Assembly: GCA_036172245.1 (NCBI GenBank)
Contig: JAYWIR010000003.1
Location: forward strand, 1,922,001-1,986,000
Length of the DNA stretch: 64,000 nucleotides
Direction: 5' to 3'
Source: Raillietiella orientalis
Lineage: Eukaryota
Shown here: piece after piece, positions 13,072 to 25,725 of the stretch
Position numbering within the stretch: position 1 is the first letter of the stretch
Layout: each line of letters opens with the position of its first letter
Notes under the pieces: model-generated
Told to the model about the DNA's origin: nothing
The model's database searches: none
The model's input: only the letters and a program-made list of their open reading frames with translations
Program-made: the position numbers and the translations under genes

Positions 13072-16000
13072 GTAAGGTGCACGTCTACCCCCGGCTGCTA
13101 CCTGAAACTTTCCCTTTTGTTTTTGCTCGACTTCCGTTTCGATTTTCCTTTTTCCTCTCCTGCCAACACCCTGCGAACGAAAGGGTGCCTCCTGACGTGA
13201 AGCAGCGCAGAGAGGCCTTACCTCCGCCCTAAAAACCATATCGTATGACCCCCGTGGACAGCCTTTCCTGGAGCGACTTTTCCAGACCTTCCTTCGTCAG
13301 GGGTTACGCAAGCGCGCCAGCAGGGGCGAAAGGATGCCTCGCGTAAAAATCTTTACGAAGGCATCGGATGCTTCGCCTCCGACCTCCACGCACAACTCGC
13401 AGCCTCCCGAGTTCCGACACGGAAAAGTGAGAGCGCTCGCGGGTCAAAGTTCACCTTTCCCAAAGATGCCTACGCGGATCTCCAATATGGCAGAGCACTA
13501 CCGTTAAAGTGCACGCGAAGGAAACGTCGTGCACGCCTGTCGTTTTATTACGGCATAAAAGTGTACAGCTGTTCTAAATAGACTTGACGATTTCTTGAAC
13601 GAAGAATTCGGACGCGTAAGTAGTTAAGATCGCGCGGCTTTGCCCGGCATGGAGCCGTGGACTTTTCATACATTAGAATACAATTTAGAATGCTTAGATT
13701 CGGTGTGTTTGCACCTTTTGAGACCCATGAGCTCCAGATTTTTTTTTTTTTTTTTTTTCGCGTTTTCTTTTCCTTGCGCGCGCTTGTTTCCATCTTCCGA
13801 ATCGACACGGATGTGTGTACGCCCGTTTTTTTTTTTTTTTTTTTTTTTCAACCAGAAGGACATCTGCTTCGAAAATAGATGAAGTCCCGTGATCTTCCTC
13901 TCATGAATGGTACTGCGTGCGCAGGATGTCCATTTGCGTGCCGGGCAACCGGCTGCGCCGAGGAAGGAGTGAGAATTCCGGAAAAGCAGAACGCATATTT
14001 TATTTTCGCTTCCTCTGCACAAAGAGGAGGCGAGGATGGGAGGATGCACGCTGACTCAGGAATGCTCGCATCGCTCACAGCATCCGAACGCAGATTGCTC
14101 CGTGATAAAGTACCCCGGAGTTGCAAGTACAGACTTAGTTTCATTCTGGAGGATAGCCTGCGCCCTGCGAAAATCAATGGAAGTTTCATTGCAGAGGGTA
14201 TGCAGCTTGTTTACTGGAGGGATGAGATAAAGTTGGCATATCGTTCCTGGATGACGCATCTGCTTACAACAAAAATTATCGATCTCTAAGCCACAAAAAA
14301 AAAGGGAGAGGGGGGGAGGGGAGAAAACTCGATAGGAAACTGACCTAGTGGAACGAAAGCAGTTCTTTTTTGTTTGTTTTTTTCTACGTGTACATTTAAT
14401 GGATGTGGTCAAGGTGCATCCTGTTCTGTATAGCTTGCAGGGAGGTTTCGCTAGCAGTAAAGAGGGATTCGCTTAAGTGTCCATAGGTAGGCTGCCTGCG
14501 CACGCGCTTCGTGTTTCCAAGTCGCCTGAGTGTCCGTCGACAGCTGGAGTTGCGCGAATTCTTGGGGAGTTGCCAGGCTTTCTGGAGCTTCGAAATAGAA
14601 TGAAACTCAGTTTTAGATCAGGGTTTACTCGCCTGGTTTAAAAAGAGCCCTTTGGAGTTTATTTTTTTTTGTTAAGGTATGACACATTTCGAAGCTACAC
14701 GGGAAGAAGCAGATCCGTTCTTCTCTTGGGCGTTCTAGATTTTTGTCCATTCTCGCACCCTGCATTGCAGCTGTTGCTATTCCTGCTCTTTTACTCGTAT
14801 CCAACTGCTCTGCCTGCTTGCTGGTTAGATGGACCAAGAGCAAAGGTCCACCTCAAAGAGAAAAGATGGCCTCGTGTCTTAGCTTGGCAAGCTAATAGGA
14901 ATGCAGGGATGGGTAAACGAGAGCGATGAATTCGGAGGTGCCATCATGTTTCCAACATTGCGTTCTTGACGCTGACCTTCACAAGTCCGCTCAGTGGCGA
15001 ATTCGTCATCCCGTGACCGCAGACGTACTCCGGCACAGGCACACCTTTTAGAATCCTGTATGTGCGAGGGGCCCAGAAGAGCGCGTAGTCAGTCCGCCCC
15101 CTCAGGGTCGCCGGAGGATCTCGTGAGAGTGAAAGAGGAGACGGAGAAGGAGCAAGGATTCTCAGGCCCGTCCTTTCCTAAGAGTTCGACCCTCCCTGTG
15201 GAACTGGGAGCGCGTCTGCTAAATGGTCATAAGGTGAGGTCGTCTCGAGGTCGGGGGCCCATCCGGAACTCCCGAAAGAAGCGAAACCTCCTCCTCCTCC
15301 CTTGTGCCATCATCCTTCACCTCTTCCACGGGATGCTTTCGAAAGGGCAACTCGCGCCGTCCGCCCGTGATGCCAGATTCCGCTCTTGGTGATAGGAGCA
15401 GAAACGTTGCTTCTCCTCGTTCTGCCGCTGCGTCCGAACTTGGCACCCTTCCCACATCGTCAGCGCCCGTTCGTGCCTAGAGAAGACATCCAGAAGACGC
15501 CTTCGTTGGACGTGTGTTTTTTCGGTTCTCGTTCGCCACGGACCCCGACATCACCCGCAGGGACAAGGCAAGGATAGGAGTCCTTTGTAAAAGGGAAAAC
15601 GATCCTCCCGTACCCTCGAAGCGATGTTTAATTATTAATCAGATTAAAGAGGACATGCACACCAAAAAAAAAAAGGAGTAAGTAGTCCCCTGATTTTTTT
15701 TTTTTTTTTACTTTCCCCTTTGGATCGCCCTTTCACAAGAAGCGTCCCTCGGCTTGTAACGTGTGCCAGCGTTGCGTTTTCACCGTGCAGGGGGCAGCCT
15801 CACCAGCCATTTGAATATCACACTAAAATCCGAACGTGCGAGAAATCACTCGTGATCCCTCTCTCCCTAAAAAGGGGGGAAAAAGAAAAGAAAAGAAAAA
15901 AAAGAAAGGCACGAAGGAAGGAAGGGAAAAACTTGAGTGCTCAGCCGATCAACCGGTTGCCTTCGCACGAGATGCCATTGCTTGGCAACGGCGAGGCGGA

Positions 16001-17102
16001 TCGGGAAAAAGCGACAATTGTCCATTGCGAAGGAGTAAAGAGTCTGCGTGCCAGTAAAGCTGTCTTCTCGCACGAGCGTTTTTGTTTAAGTTTTCGCTAC
16101 CGCACTGGGTGATTGCAAGAGAACTTGGTCGTGGCGCAGGTAGCGCGCTTCCTGGAAAGTGGGGGACATCGCAGACTTCGCAACTGCGAGAAACTGCATG
16201 CAGTCCCATGTTTCGTACGGAGTGCCTTGTCCCAAGGTCTCGGGCAGCGTCGGTACGGAAGCTGCGGGCAAATCCTCGCTCCGTTCGGTAAGTTCCTTTG
16301 TGAAAACGGGAAAACTTCGATGGGATGCGCATGCAGGGAGGAGGCCAATTCCTCCCGTTTTCTGGGGGTGTAAGATCGATCAGAGTGTGCCCTCCGCTGG
16401 CCAAAAAGATACCGCAGGATCACCGGACGGGAAAAGTTGCGTTCCATGTTCCCTTAACCCTCCTCCTCCCGTCCTTTCTCGAAGGAGGGAAGCAGTAAAT
16501 CGTGAAGGATTTGCAGCAAGCCCCAGTAACCAGGTATTTGCAAGCCTTTTTGCTTTTTGTGTGGTGTTGTCGTCGTCTCTGGAACCCCTCCGCCCATGGC
16601 AACGGGGAGCTTTCTCGAGGCCTCCCGCCCGGTGAGGTGCTAATTGATCGTGCGTGGTCCTCTTTTTCTCCTCCTCCATTCGCCCCTCAGAAAGTGGTCT
16701 GTGGCCGTCCAGGCTCCTCTGACGGAAAGCCAAAACTGCGTATCGGGAATTTCGCGGGGACGCGATCGATACGCATTCGTCCTTGAGAATGGAAAAGGAA
16801 GAAAAAGGATCGGATGGGGATGGCCAGCTTTCCTTCCTTTGTGTCTGCTGCGCTCAGGGGAAAAAGTCCTCCCGGATCACCTTCCGAACTGTACGTTTCC
16901 TTCGGCCCCATCCCCGATTCCCGTTTGCACTGGTTTACCTCCCGGATCGAAACGCCGACGGCAATGCTGAGATTGATTTTGCAGGTTTCCCATGTGTCCT
17001 GAAGGACGGAAAAATGAAAATGCATCCTTCACTGGAAATTCTACACCCCCCCCCCCCAAACCATTACTTACGGGAAGTTTAAACAAATAAATATAGATAT
17101 AG

Positions 17103-17105
<3 letters not shown>

Positions 17106-17156
<51 letters not shown>
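17106..17156. repeat. (TG)n microsatellite, about 25 units
   Basis: Directly visible. Confidence 0.97.
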
Positions 17157-17158
<2 letters not shown>

Positions 17159-17409
17159 TTCCACGGGTCCTTAACAATCACGTGGAAGTCCAGATGCCAC
17201 TTTATGGCACTCGGTTTCTTCCCACCCACTCCTTCACGTCTACATCCTTAGACTGACTCCAAAATCCGATATCGATCGGCGGTCACGTGATCCGCATGGC
17301 TGCATCGGAACGACCGAATAGGCTGCTGCTGGACTTTGGGTTGCGTAGACGCATGTTTGGGGCAGTTCCATTCGTCTCGTACCTTCGGATGACCACCGAA
17401 TCCACTCCG

Positions 17410-17447
17410 TTCTTCTTCTTCTTCTTCTTCTTCTTCTTCTTCTTCTT
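17410..17447. repeat. (TTC)n microsatellite
   Basis: Directly visible. Confidence 0.95.
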
Positions 17448-17844
17448 GTCTGCCGCGTGTGCTGATTTTGCAACAAAAGACAAACAAACAAACAAACAAA
17501 CGCGGGGGTTGAGAGCGAAGGAAAAAGAACGGCATTCATAAAAAGATGCCTTTGGCAAGAACGAAGCCGCCGTTTCCCGGTCTCCTTTCTGGACATGCGG
17601 CGTTGCAAGTCGCTGCGGCGGCGTCCATCGCGCGAACGGAAAGCAGGGGTCGAGAGTCCAGGACGTCGCATCCCTTCCCTCTCTATCTCCCTGGGAACAG
17701 TCGGGCACTTTGACCGCGTGAGTTTCCGGGTCGGGGTCGGTGCACCGGTTCTTCGCAGAACGCAGACCTATCGAACAACAAGATGGAAAGGAAAAGGCAG
17801 CTATTATTTATTCATCCTTTTTTTTTTCTTTTTTCTTTTTCTAG

Positions 17845-17990
17845 ATATCTGACGAAGATCGGCTTTCCTTGACAACCGCTGTGAGTGACGAGGAAGAAGT
17901 AGGAAGTCCTTCGAACTCTCCACGTAAAGCGGGGAGGACTGCGCCAGAATCCAGATCTTTCAACTGCACCGGAGCAGTCAGGAAGGAAGG
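17845..17990 (+). CDS. sif: sif exon 4 ([17 protein letters not shown]...[11 protein letters not shown]; start of PH1)
   Basis: Long polypyrimidine tract with ctag|, donor gg|gtaagt. Not present in the ORF track; matches recalled [15 protein letters not shown] and [11 protein letters not shown]. Confidence 0.93.
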
Positions 17991-20086
17991 GTAAGTGCGA
18001 AAACGGGAAGCCCGCTGCTGCCCCTGTTCAAGAGGCACGCAGTCCGCGCGTGGGAACTTTTAAAAACACCGGGTATCGGGTTCTCGGGAGGAACACGGGA
18101 AACCTGGATCTCGCTGGTCGTACTCGCTTCCCGTTCGCTTGGGAGGAAGAGCAGGAAAAGAGAACTCCGGGAGAAGTCTATCCTCGCGGAGCCTCGTCGA
18201 TGGCATAGTTCGAGAACTTTCAACCCTGGGGTCTTCTCTCTTCCTCCTCCCCCCAAAGATGCTCCCAGGTTAGCGTCTCTTCCAGTTGCTCTTTCGATCC
18301 GAAACTGCGCTTACGGAGCCCGAGTGCTTGCGAGAGACCGGGCGGATAGAACCGGAGGCTGGCGTCTCCGTTTCCACCCATCCAGCTTTCTTGGAGATCT
18401 CCGTGTGTGTGAATGTGTGTGTGTGTATCCACGCGAGTGTTTGGAACCAAAAAGTCGGCATGGTGCCGAGCTGAATGCATGCGTGGGTAAACATCTGACT
18501 CCCTCAAAGTTTCCGCATGCTCGCCCTTCGCACCAAGGAATGGCACGATCTCGTTCCTTTTGATTCCTGCAGCCTCTGAAAGCCTTCATTCAATTTCTTC
18601 CCGGGAGCGCCTCGACGTAATGAAAGACTTGGGATCGGATGGTGTTCGTGCACTTTGCTTTCGGCCCAGATGAACTCTAGCGAATCAGGGAAAATCAGGA
18701 ACCAAAATATTAAATTACACAGAGGTCGCACAACCTTTGGGTAATTCAATTCGAGGAGGAGATTGGTGTTCTTTCGCGGAAGGCTCTTAAACAAGTCGAG
18801 GGCAAGCAGACCGCGGCGGAGAGCGGGAAGAGATCGGGACATCGCTGTTTGCTTTCCATTTGTCGCCGGGAGCAGCCGCCGAGCTCGTGGCCTGCCTGCC
18901 CTTTAGACGACTCGCCCGCCCTGCACCCTCTGACCGCGTCAAGACAGGAAGCGGCACTTGGAAGATCCTCTGGTTTCCAGCGCCTGTGCAGCCTGAAGGA
19001 AACCGCACGTACGCATTCCCGATATCCACCTCTGCCTCCCTTTCCCTCCTCTTTACTGGATACTGCTGAAGGGAGTCTCGTGGATCCCAACGCACAGATC
19101 ATTTGTTGGGAAAAATTACTTGCTCTTCAGGAAGAATTTTCCTCTTCTTCCACGCCCTGCATACTTTAGTTCAGCCTCTCGACAGAATCATTGGGTACTA
19201 GCCGTTAGCGACTCTTGTGCCGTGATTCCCTATATGGACCGAGCGATAGCATCAGCAATAAGCACAGTGTGTTTTATTTCCTTGGTAATTGAAAGCAGCG
19301 CTTCGTTGTCGCTCTAGAAGCAGTTGAAAAGGAAGCTGATGCGAAAGCTGGCTGGAAATCTGTCGAGTACACGTTCGAGCGGACAGCGTGTTCGTTAGGG
19401 AGGATGCCCTGGAGCACTGTGCTTTCGTGCGGGGTAAAAAGAAAACAAAAAAAAAAAGAGAACATTTATAGAGGATCGACGGACCGCAGGCGAGATGCAC
19501 GCAAAAGATAGAAATAGCAAACGGAAGCATAGCATCTGCTCCGCGCGAGGTTCTTCCCCGCATGTCTTTAGCCGAGCGCTCGCACCTTCATGCAGGCAGC
19601 TCTTCGTTTCGCCGAAAACGGAAGGAGGGCATCATGCAGGACAGGCGTCCTAGAGTACTTTCCGAGTGACCTCGAAAGCGGATTCGGGCCTTGAGGAGCA
19701 AGCGGCGGCTGGTCACACGAGGGCCGGTGTGGGGCCGAAAAGCACGGCAAAGGAAAGCGAACCTCCTGTGCGAGGCTGCAAGCGAGCAGCAGGACGCAGC
19801 GATCTGTTCATCAACAGCGGGGGCTGTAAGGAACTCTGGCAATCCGCACCGAGTCGATCCCAACAGCTGAGGCGTGGAGGTACGAGATGTGTCCAAGCAC
19901 TTGCAGCCCAGTGACGCAAAAGACACTTTGGTTCGATACAAGATGTAGAACGCGTGCGTGCTCGTGGCCCGTGGTCCTTTACCCTGAATACCTCCACGCC
20001 TCTTACTAACCATTATCTGTTTAATAAGTCACCATACATCACCTTTCGAGAATCTCCTATGTTTATTTGTCTTACATCCTGAGCAA

Positions 20087-20985
20087 ATTCAAAATTAAGG
20101 GCGGATCGGATGTAAAGAAAGAACAAACGAGAGAAACGAAAGTGTATTGGTGGTTCGAAACACACGCATCTCCGTGTCACTTTTCTACGTAGCCGCCATT
20201 TTTTTTTCCAAACACTTTTGATACCGTGAAGGAAGCTTTTTGAAACTCTCTGCATCAAATTCCGCCGCCTGGGAGTTCAGCCAATTCAACAGAACTGAAG
20301 TTTTCAACTCCTCCCCTTCCCCCTCGCATCCTCGAGCCACTTCTTGAGGTGCAGGAAGACTTGGTAGCCACTGGGGGCGAAGTCAGGACTGTAAGATCAA
20401 AAAGTTCCCATTCGAATTTCTGAGTCGTCTGGACAGCACTGTGTGGGTGCGCGCCGTCGTGAAGGAGAAGAACGATTCCTGGTCTCAGCATTCTGAACGG
20501 CACGCCGCAGTGTTGAAAGTGTTTCTACACAGTAGACTTGCGCACAGTAGATGGCTGTTCCAGGCTCCGTAAAGTCCACCAAAAGCACACACACCCTTTC
20601 GGTCCCACACACATGCCGTCCTCACATTCCAGACAATTCGAATATTCGAATGGGAACTTTTTGATCTTACAGTCCTGACCTCGCGTCCAGTGGCTACCAC
20701 GTCTTCCTGCACCTCAAGAAGTGGATCAAGGATGCGAGGGGGAAGGGGAGGAGTTGAAAACTGCAGTGCTGCCGAATTGGCTGAACCCCCAGACGGCGGA
20801 ATTTCATGCAGAGGATCTAAAAAAGCTCCCTACACGGGATCAAAAGTGTTTGAAAAAAAAAAAATGGTGATGACTATGTAGAAAAATGACGTGAGGATGC
20901 GTGTGTTTAGAACCACCAATACGTTTTCGTTTCTCTCATTTGTTCTTTCTTTATATCCGCCCTTAAGTTTGAAATGCGCCTCGTA
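20087..20985. mobile_element. Fold-back (palindromic) non-autonomous mariner/Tc1 derivative
   Basis: Inverted arms at about 20087-20433 and 20627-20973 both encode the decayed transposase C-terminus (FEWELFD..YSPDL..FLHLKKW..NWLN..DYVEK*). The spacer on the minus strand encodes WDRKGV.LLVDF.EPG / LRRAVQN / GIVLLLHDGAHPH. The right end ...gcgcctcgTA resembles a mariner TIR plus TA. Confidence 0.88.
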
Positions 20986-21029
20986 CGAACGCGTCCAGAT
21001 TGGATAGCAGGTAGCAGATGTGTTTCCCA

Positions 21030-21460
21030 TGGTAAGCAGTGCTTCTTGCTCTTCGTTAAAATGGTAACCTGCTGCTACTTGCCTTGTTGGGGGAGTGTCT
21101 CGTTCGAAAAGGTCGTTTGCCTCAGCCCCCACTCATCCGTTCATCACTTTGGAAACGTGCCCGTGCCTGCGTTTGCCGCGTTGACCAAGGACCGCACCAG
21201 AGCAAACGACTTTGCCTCCCCCGAGTGACCCTACAGCTATTTCGCGTCGCGGCAGTTCACTTGGTGTCCCTGGCGCCGGCGCCCCAGAGAAGCGTTCCTT
21301 CGCTTCAAGCATCCTCGGGAGTTGCCCGTACGCAACACAGTCCGAGGTCAAGTCACATCGGAGCATGAAACTCTGCTCAGGCAGGTCAGAGGAAAACTTG
21401 TGGAAAAGTAGAAAATCCACTTCGGAGTGTGGATCAGGCAACGTTCCACCTTCTCACGCC
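21030..21460 (+). mobile_element. Decayed RTE-like RT thumb / C-terminal fragment
   Basis: Fragments CCYL, AFAALTK, VTLQLFRVAAV and QVTSEHETLLRQ loosely follow FxYLGS..AFxxL..TKLxLYxAxV..VTNEEVLRR. Confidence 0.3.
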
Positions 21461-24400
21461 TTACTTCTGTTAGCTAGAGAGGTCGCGACCGAGGCAGCGA
21501 TTCGTTGTAGAGGACCTTTGCAGCTCCCGGACTGCTGTGCGCACGCGCGATGCTTCTGCAGCCCTCCTCACTCGACTGGGCGTTTTCCGAAGCCCGATCT
21601 AATGGTGTGACCGCGTACACCATTTCAAAGCAGTCCGTTTTTTCGTTGCTTCGCCCGTCAAGATCGGGATCTTTCGACATGCCCGTGACCTCCTCGACGT
21701 AGAATTTTTCCCATTGGAACTGATTTCCCTTTTCGAAATCAGTTCCTACGGTTCCAGATGTCCAGTTTTAGAGGAGAAAATTTATGTGGATTCAGGACAC
21801 TGCGTTCGTTGCATCGCTGTTGTTTCTATCCGTGGAACGCATGCACACGGTGTAGTTTTCACATGAGGAGCAGCCCCACAGAGACCCTTTCTTCTTGAAA
21901 AATTGCTCTATCCTTTAGGAGTCCAGAGCTGCACCTGGTTATTCGATTGACTGGTCTTTATACAGACGTTTCCTGCATGAACCTCCTAGAGCCTCGTCCC
22001 AGAGTCTAGGTCCTTGAAGGGGCAACAAACTTTCCGCCCCTTAGCTGCTCTGGCAAAAGAGGTCAAAACATCTTTAGTAGGGGTGGGGGAGGCTTCCTGC
22101 CCAAACGACCCAGAGGAATGCGCATTTGCTTCGCGTGTCACCACGGTAAAAGCCTGCTGCGTCTGCATCGCATGCGTCCCGAGATCGGGACAAACGCAAC
22201 GAAGCACGCAACGTGGACTCAGCTGTTTACAGATGCAGATGACCCCTCCCTCCTTTGCCTCAAAGGAGAGGCGGGCAGTGCAGCAGGCGGCGGAATATTG
22301 ACGTCGGAGCTGGGACCACTGCGACCAACGCTCGAGGCAGGCGTGGAAGCCGTTGCTTTCAGCTGCAGTGCTTGCCCAGTTCTAACGCCCTGAGAATCCG
22401 ATGTTATGAGAGTCACTGCTCTGCCGCGGGGGGGGGCGACCCTCCCGTCTGCATGCTTGCTTCCCTTCCCCCTTTGCACATCTCGTCTCTGGACGCCGCA
22501 TTCCGATCCCCGGCTTCCCAGATGGAAAAGTGATGGTGGAAAACGCCTTGCTCTGTTTTCGTTTCTTATCCAGCAGCGGCAGCTGGCAGATGAAAGCAAT
22601 TCCTCGTCTTCCTCCCGGAATCCCGTCCCTGCAGTAGCTCCCCGGAACTCTGGAAGCTGTCCTTTCGCGACACCCGTTGTAACTCACTCGAGTCGTAGGG
22701 AACGGTTCGGGCGAATTCCGTCCCTGCTGCTCACCCCTTCGCTAGCTGCACGCGTCCCATGCAAGGTCGTGATGCTGAGGGACAGCTTGCTCAAAGATCC
22801 GAGTTTCCGGCGAAGTTCCGGCGCGCGGGAAATCGGAAGTTTCGCTGTGCTGAACCTTCGCTGCTCCGCGTACACATCGAACGAGCTCACCGGATCGACC
22901 ACCTTCACGGCGTGGGTTGACAGCAAGCGGGATCGAATCCACCGCTCAGTCCTGGAAGCAAAGTAATTCGTCGTGCATTTACGCTGTCTCGGCTCCCATC
23001 AAGAGCAGGGGAAAACTGGCTTCCCGAGGTCAGAGATCTGCATTCGAAGCTGCGTGCGTCTTGCTCTTCGTAGCGGTCCTGCTTTTCCTTCCACCGGGAA
23101 TGCGTGACAGTTTAAACTCCTCAAATTTACGGGACACGCGAGTGTCCGATAGCAGCTCTCCCTCCTCAGTCCATTCCTGCGGTGAACAATTTGTCTACAG
23201 AATTTTCCACAGGACATCAGAAGTTGCTAACAGTAAATAACGCTTCGATGGCGCTAATAAGGGCTGTAGCTGGCATCTCTGGAAATTGATCAGGAAGTTG
23301 CTCCGGTAACAATCTTACAGAATTACGCGGACCATTTAAGCATCATAGTTCTGTTTCGCCCGCTCAAATTCAGCGCGAGGCACGGAAGGAAATCAGGACT
23401 TCCGAAGCACACGGTTCCCCCAAATATGTTGGGATGTCGAAGTTTTCAGGGACAAAATAATAATAATAATAATAAAGACTTGGAGTGAAGAATGCCTGAG
23501 AGGAATCGAGAGAAGGTCGTATTGATAGCAACCGTGTTTTTTTTTTCTTTCCTTTCTTTTTTCCCGAAGAAGGCCGGTGTCCACTCGGTTCCGAATTCAA
23601 AATAACACGCCAGCCGTCTGGCAACCTTGCAAGAGGAATCACGCAGCAAGGTGAAGTAAGCAAGCCCAGCTGAACGGGTGCACGCGGAAGGTCGTGGTGA
23701 GCATAGCTGGCGCAGCATGGCAAAAGTGCCTGGGGCAGGAATGGCAGCAAGATGACGCTGTTGGGAGAATGGTTCGCGAATCTTCGCGAACTTGCGAAAG
23801 AACCTGTGTTGACACTCATACACAAAATCCGACTCGGAGGAATTATTTTCGTTTTGTCGCTCCTGCAAGAGAAAGGAAAGGAAAAAAAAGTTCGGGGAGA
23901 TAAAGAACCCGAGCTCGAAGAAGGAAATTGCTCTTTGTCACAAAACATTAGGTCGCCTCTAAAAGAGTGGAGCCAGCGTTTCAGGAAGAGAAATGTATTC
24001 GCTCAGAGAGAATTTTCGAAGATGTGGCATTTTTTATTTCTTTGAAAAAACAGTTTTATACCAAAAGCGATCATTTTTTTTTTTGATGAAAAAGTACATC
24101 TTATAAAGAGAGTTTTGCAAATTTCGTTTAAAAAAGCAAAAGCCTGTTTTCTGTTCTACTCTTTAGCAGTTCTTGAGTTTCATCACTTCCGACTGACTGA
24201 TCATCATCTCCTTCTCTCCAGCTGGAACTCTTTCCCCGTGCTGCCGCATGTTTTAGGTCCGATTCTATTCGAAGACCGCCTTGCCCCCGACGATCCTCCG
24301 AAACTGATAAAAATCTTCCGCACCCATCTGGAGCATGGGAGCGCTCTGGAGCGCCTCAAATCTTTCTTGAGGAACACAAGTACCTGTCGCCCGGAAATCT

Positions 24401-25454
24401 TCATTTTCTTTCAGCGGAATCACTGAAATTTTTCGCCTCTGATAGAAAAAAGTCAAACAAAAACTCGATAATGTCGACGCAGAATTCGACAGTGCGTCCT
24501 GCAGCTTGAACACCATCATCAGCATCATCATCAGCAGCAGCAGCAGCACATGAGGCCTTCGTGGCCACCGATGCGGACGTGTGCCGAGCACGACTTTGTG
24601 GAAAATGCGCAACTTGCAAATGGATTTGATTTCTCCGTCATCCCTTAGTGGTCCGAAGTGCGGCGGAAGGCGAAAATCTATCCACGAGGCCAGCAAACTC
24701 GAACCGTCTCCCTCCATCAGGCACCAATTGAGATACATGCGTCTTAGTAGTAATCCGGCGAATCTTTGCTTACGGGAACCGTTTTCGAAAATGGGAAATT
24801 ATGGCTTCCGTCGCTATGGAAATTTCACATCGATGAATCTTCAGCGTCTTTCGGGAGAAGACCGGACGTGGCTTTCCACGTTTGGCAAAATCCTTTGACG
24901 GAATTCGGGTATCGATCGAGGCATTGACCCAATTAAAAATTCCGTTTTCAAAGCAAAAGAAAAAAAAAAAATGGAAATGCAGCGGTTTTAACTTGACGAT
25001 ACAGTGAGCAAACTCGCAGCGACCTTGTTCTTCCTAATTCGAGATAGGTCGGTGGCATCAATTCGTGAGAGCCTTATCAATTGCCTATTGACTATATATA
25101 TATGACGTGATGGCATAAAAGAACGTTTTTGAGGCATTAACAAGGGAAACCATTCCAGCCTATTTTCCTAGTTGCCGTCTTTTTATGTCTCCTGTTTCCC
25201 GAGACGTGCAAATCCTGGGTTGCAGAAGATGACGAACTTGCATAGATTATGGACCTACACAATCCATAAGGGCCATTAAACTAGATCTCGGCTTGCACTT
25301 ATTATTGCAAAAGTGCTCCTGAACTCGCTTGAAAGGAAAATAAAAACCATGTTGCTAAAATTTTTGAACCATTATTATTGCTACTACTATTATGATTGAA
25401 TTGAATCGTGATTACTTGTACTCATCAATGAAAGATAACGTGCTTTCCTCTTAG

Positions 25455-25725
25455 GTATCTCAGTGTAAAGAAATGGCTTCTACGCAAGCTCAGACAAGTA
25501 GAACTGGCTCGCAAGAGAGGATGGAAGAGTTACTGGGTTTGCTTGAAAGGCACCACCCTCCTCTTCTATTCCTGTGATGAATCCTGCGAATCGAAATACA
25601 CAGATGCAGGTCCAAAGCACCTCATCATTGTCGATGGAGCCATCATGCAACCAATACCAGAACATCCGAAAAGAGAATATGTGTTTTGTCTGAGCACGGC
25701 GTTCGGGGATGCTTATCTCTTCCAG
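25455..25725 (+). CDS. sif: sif exon 5 (N-terminal PH domain)
   Basis: tcttag| and cag|gtgagt; [11 protein letters not shown]...[20 protein letters not shown]...[21 protein letters not shown] is the Tiam/Sif PH1. Confidence 0.97.
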
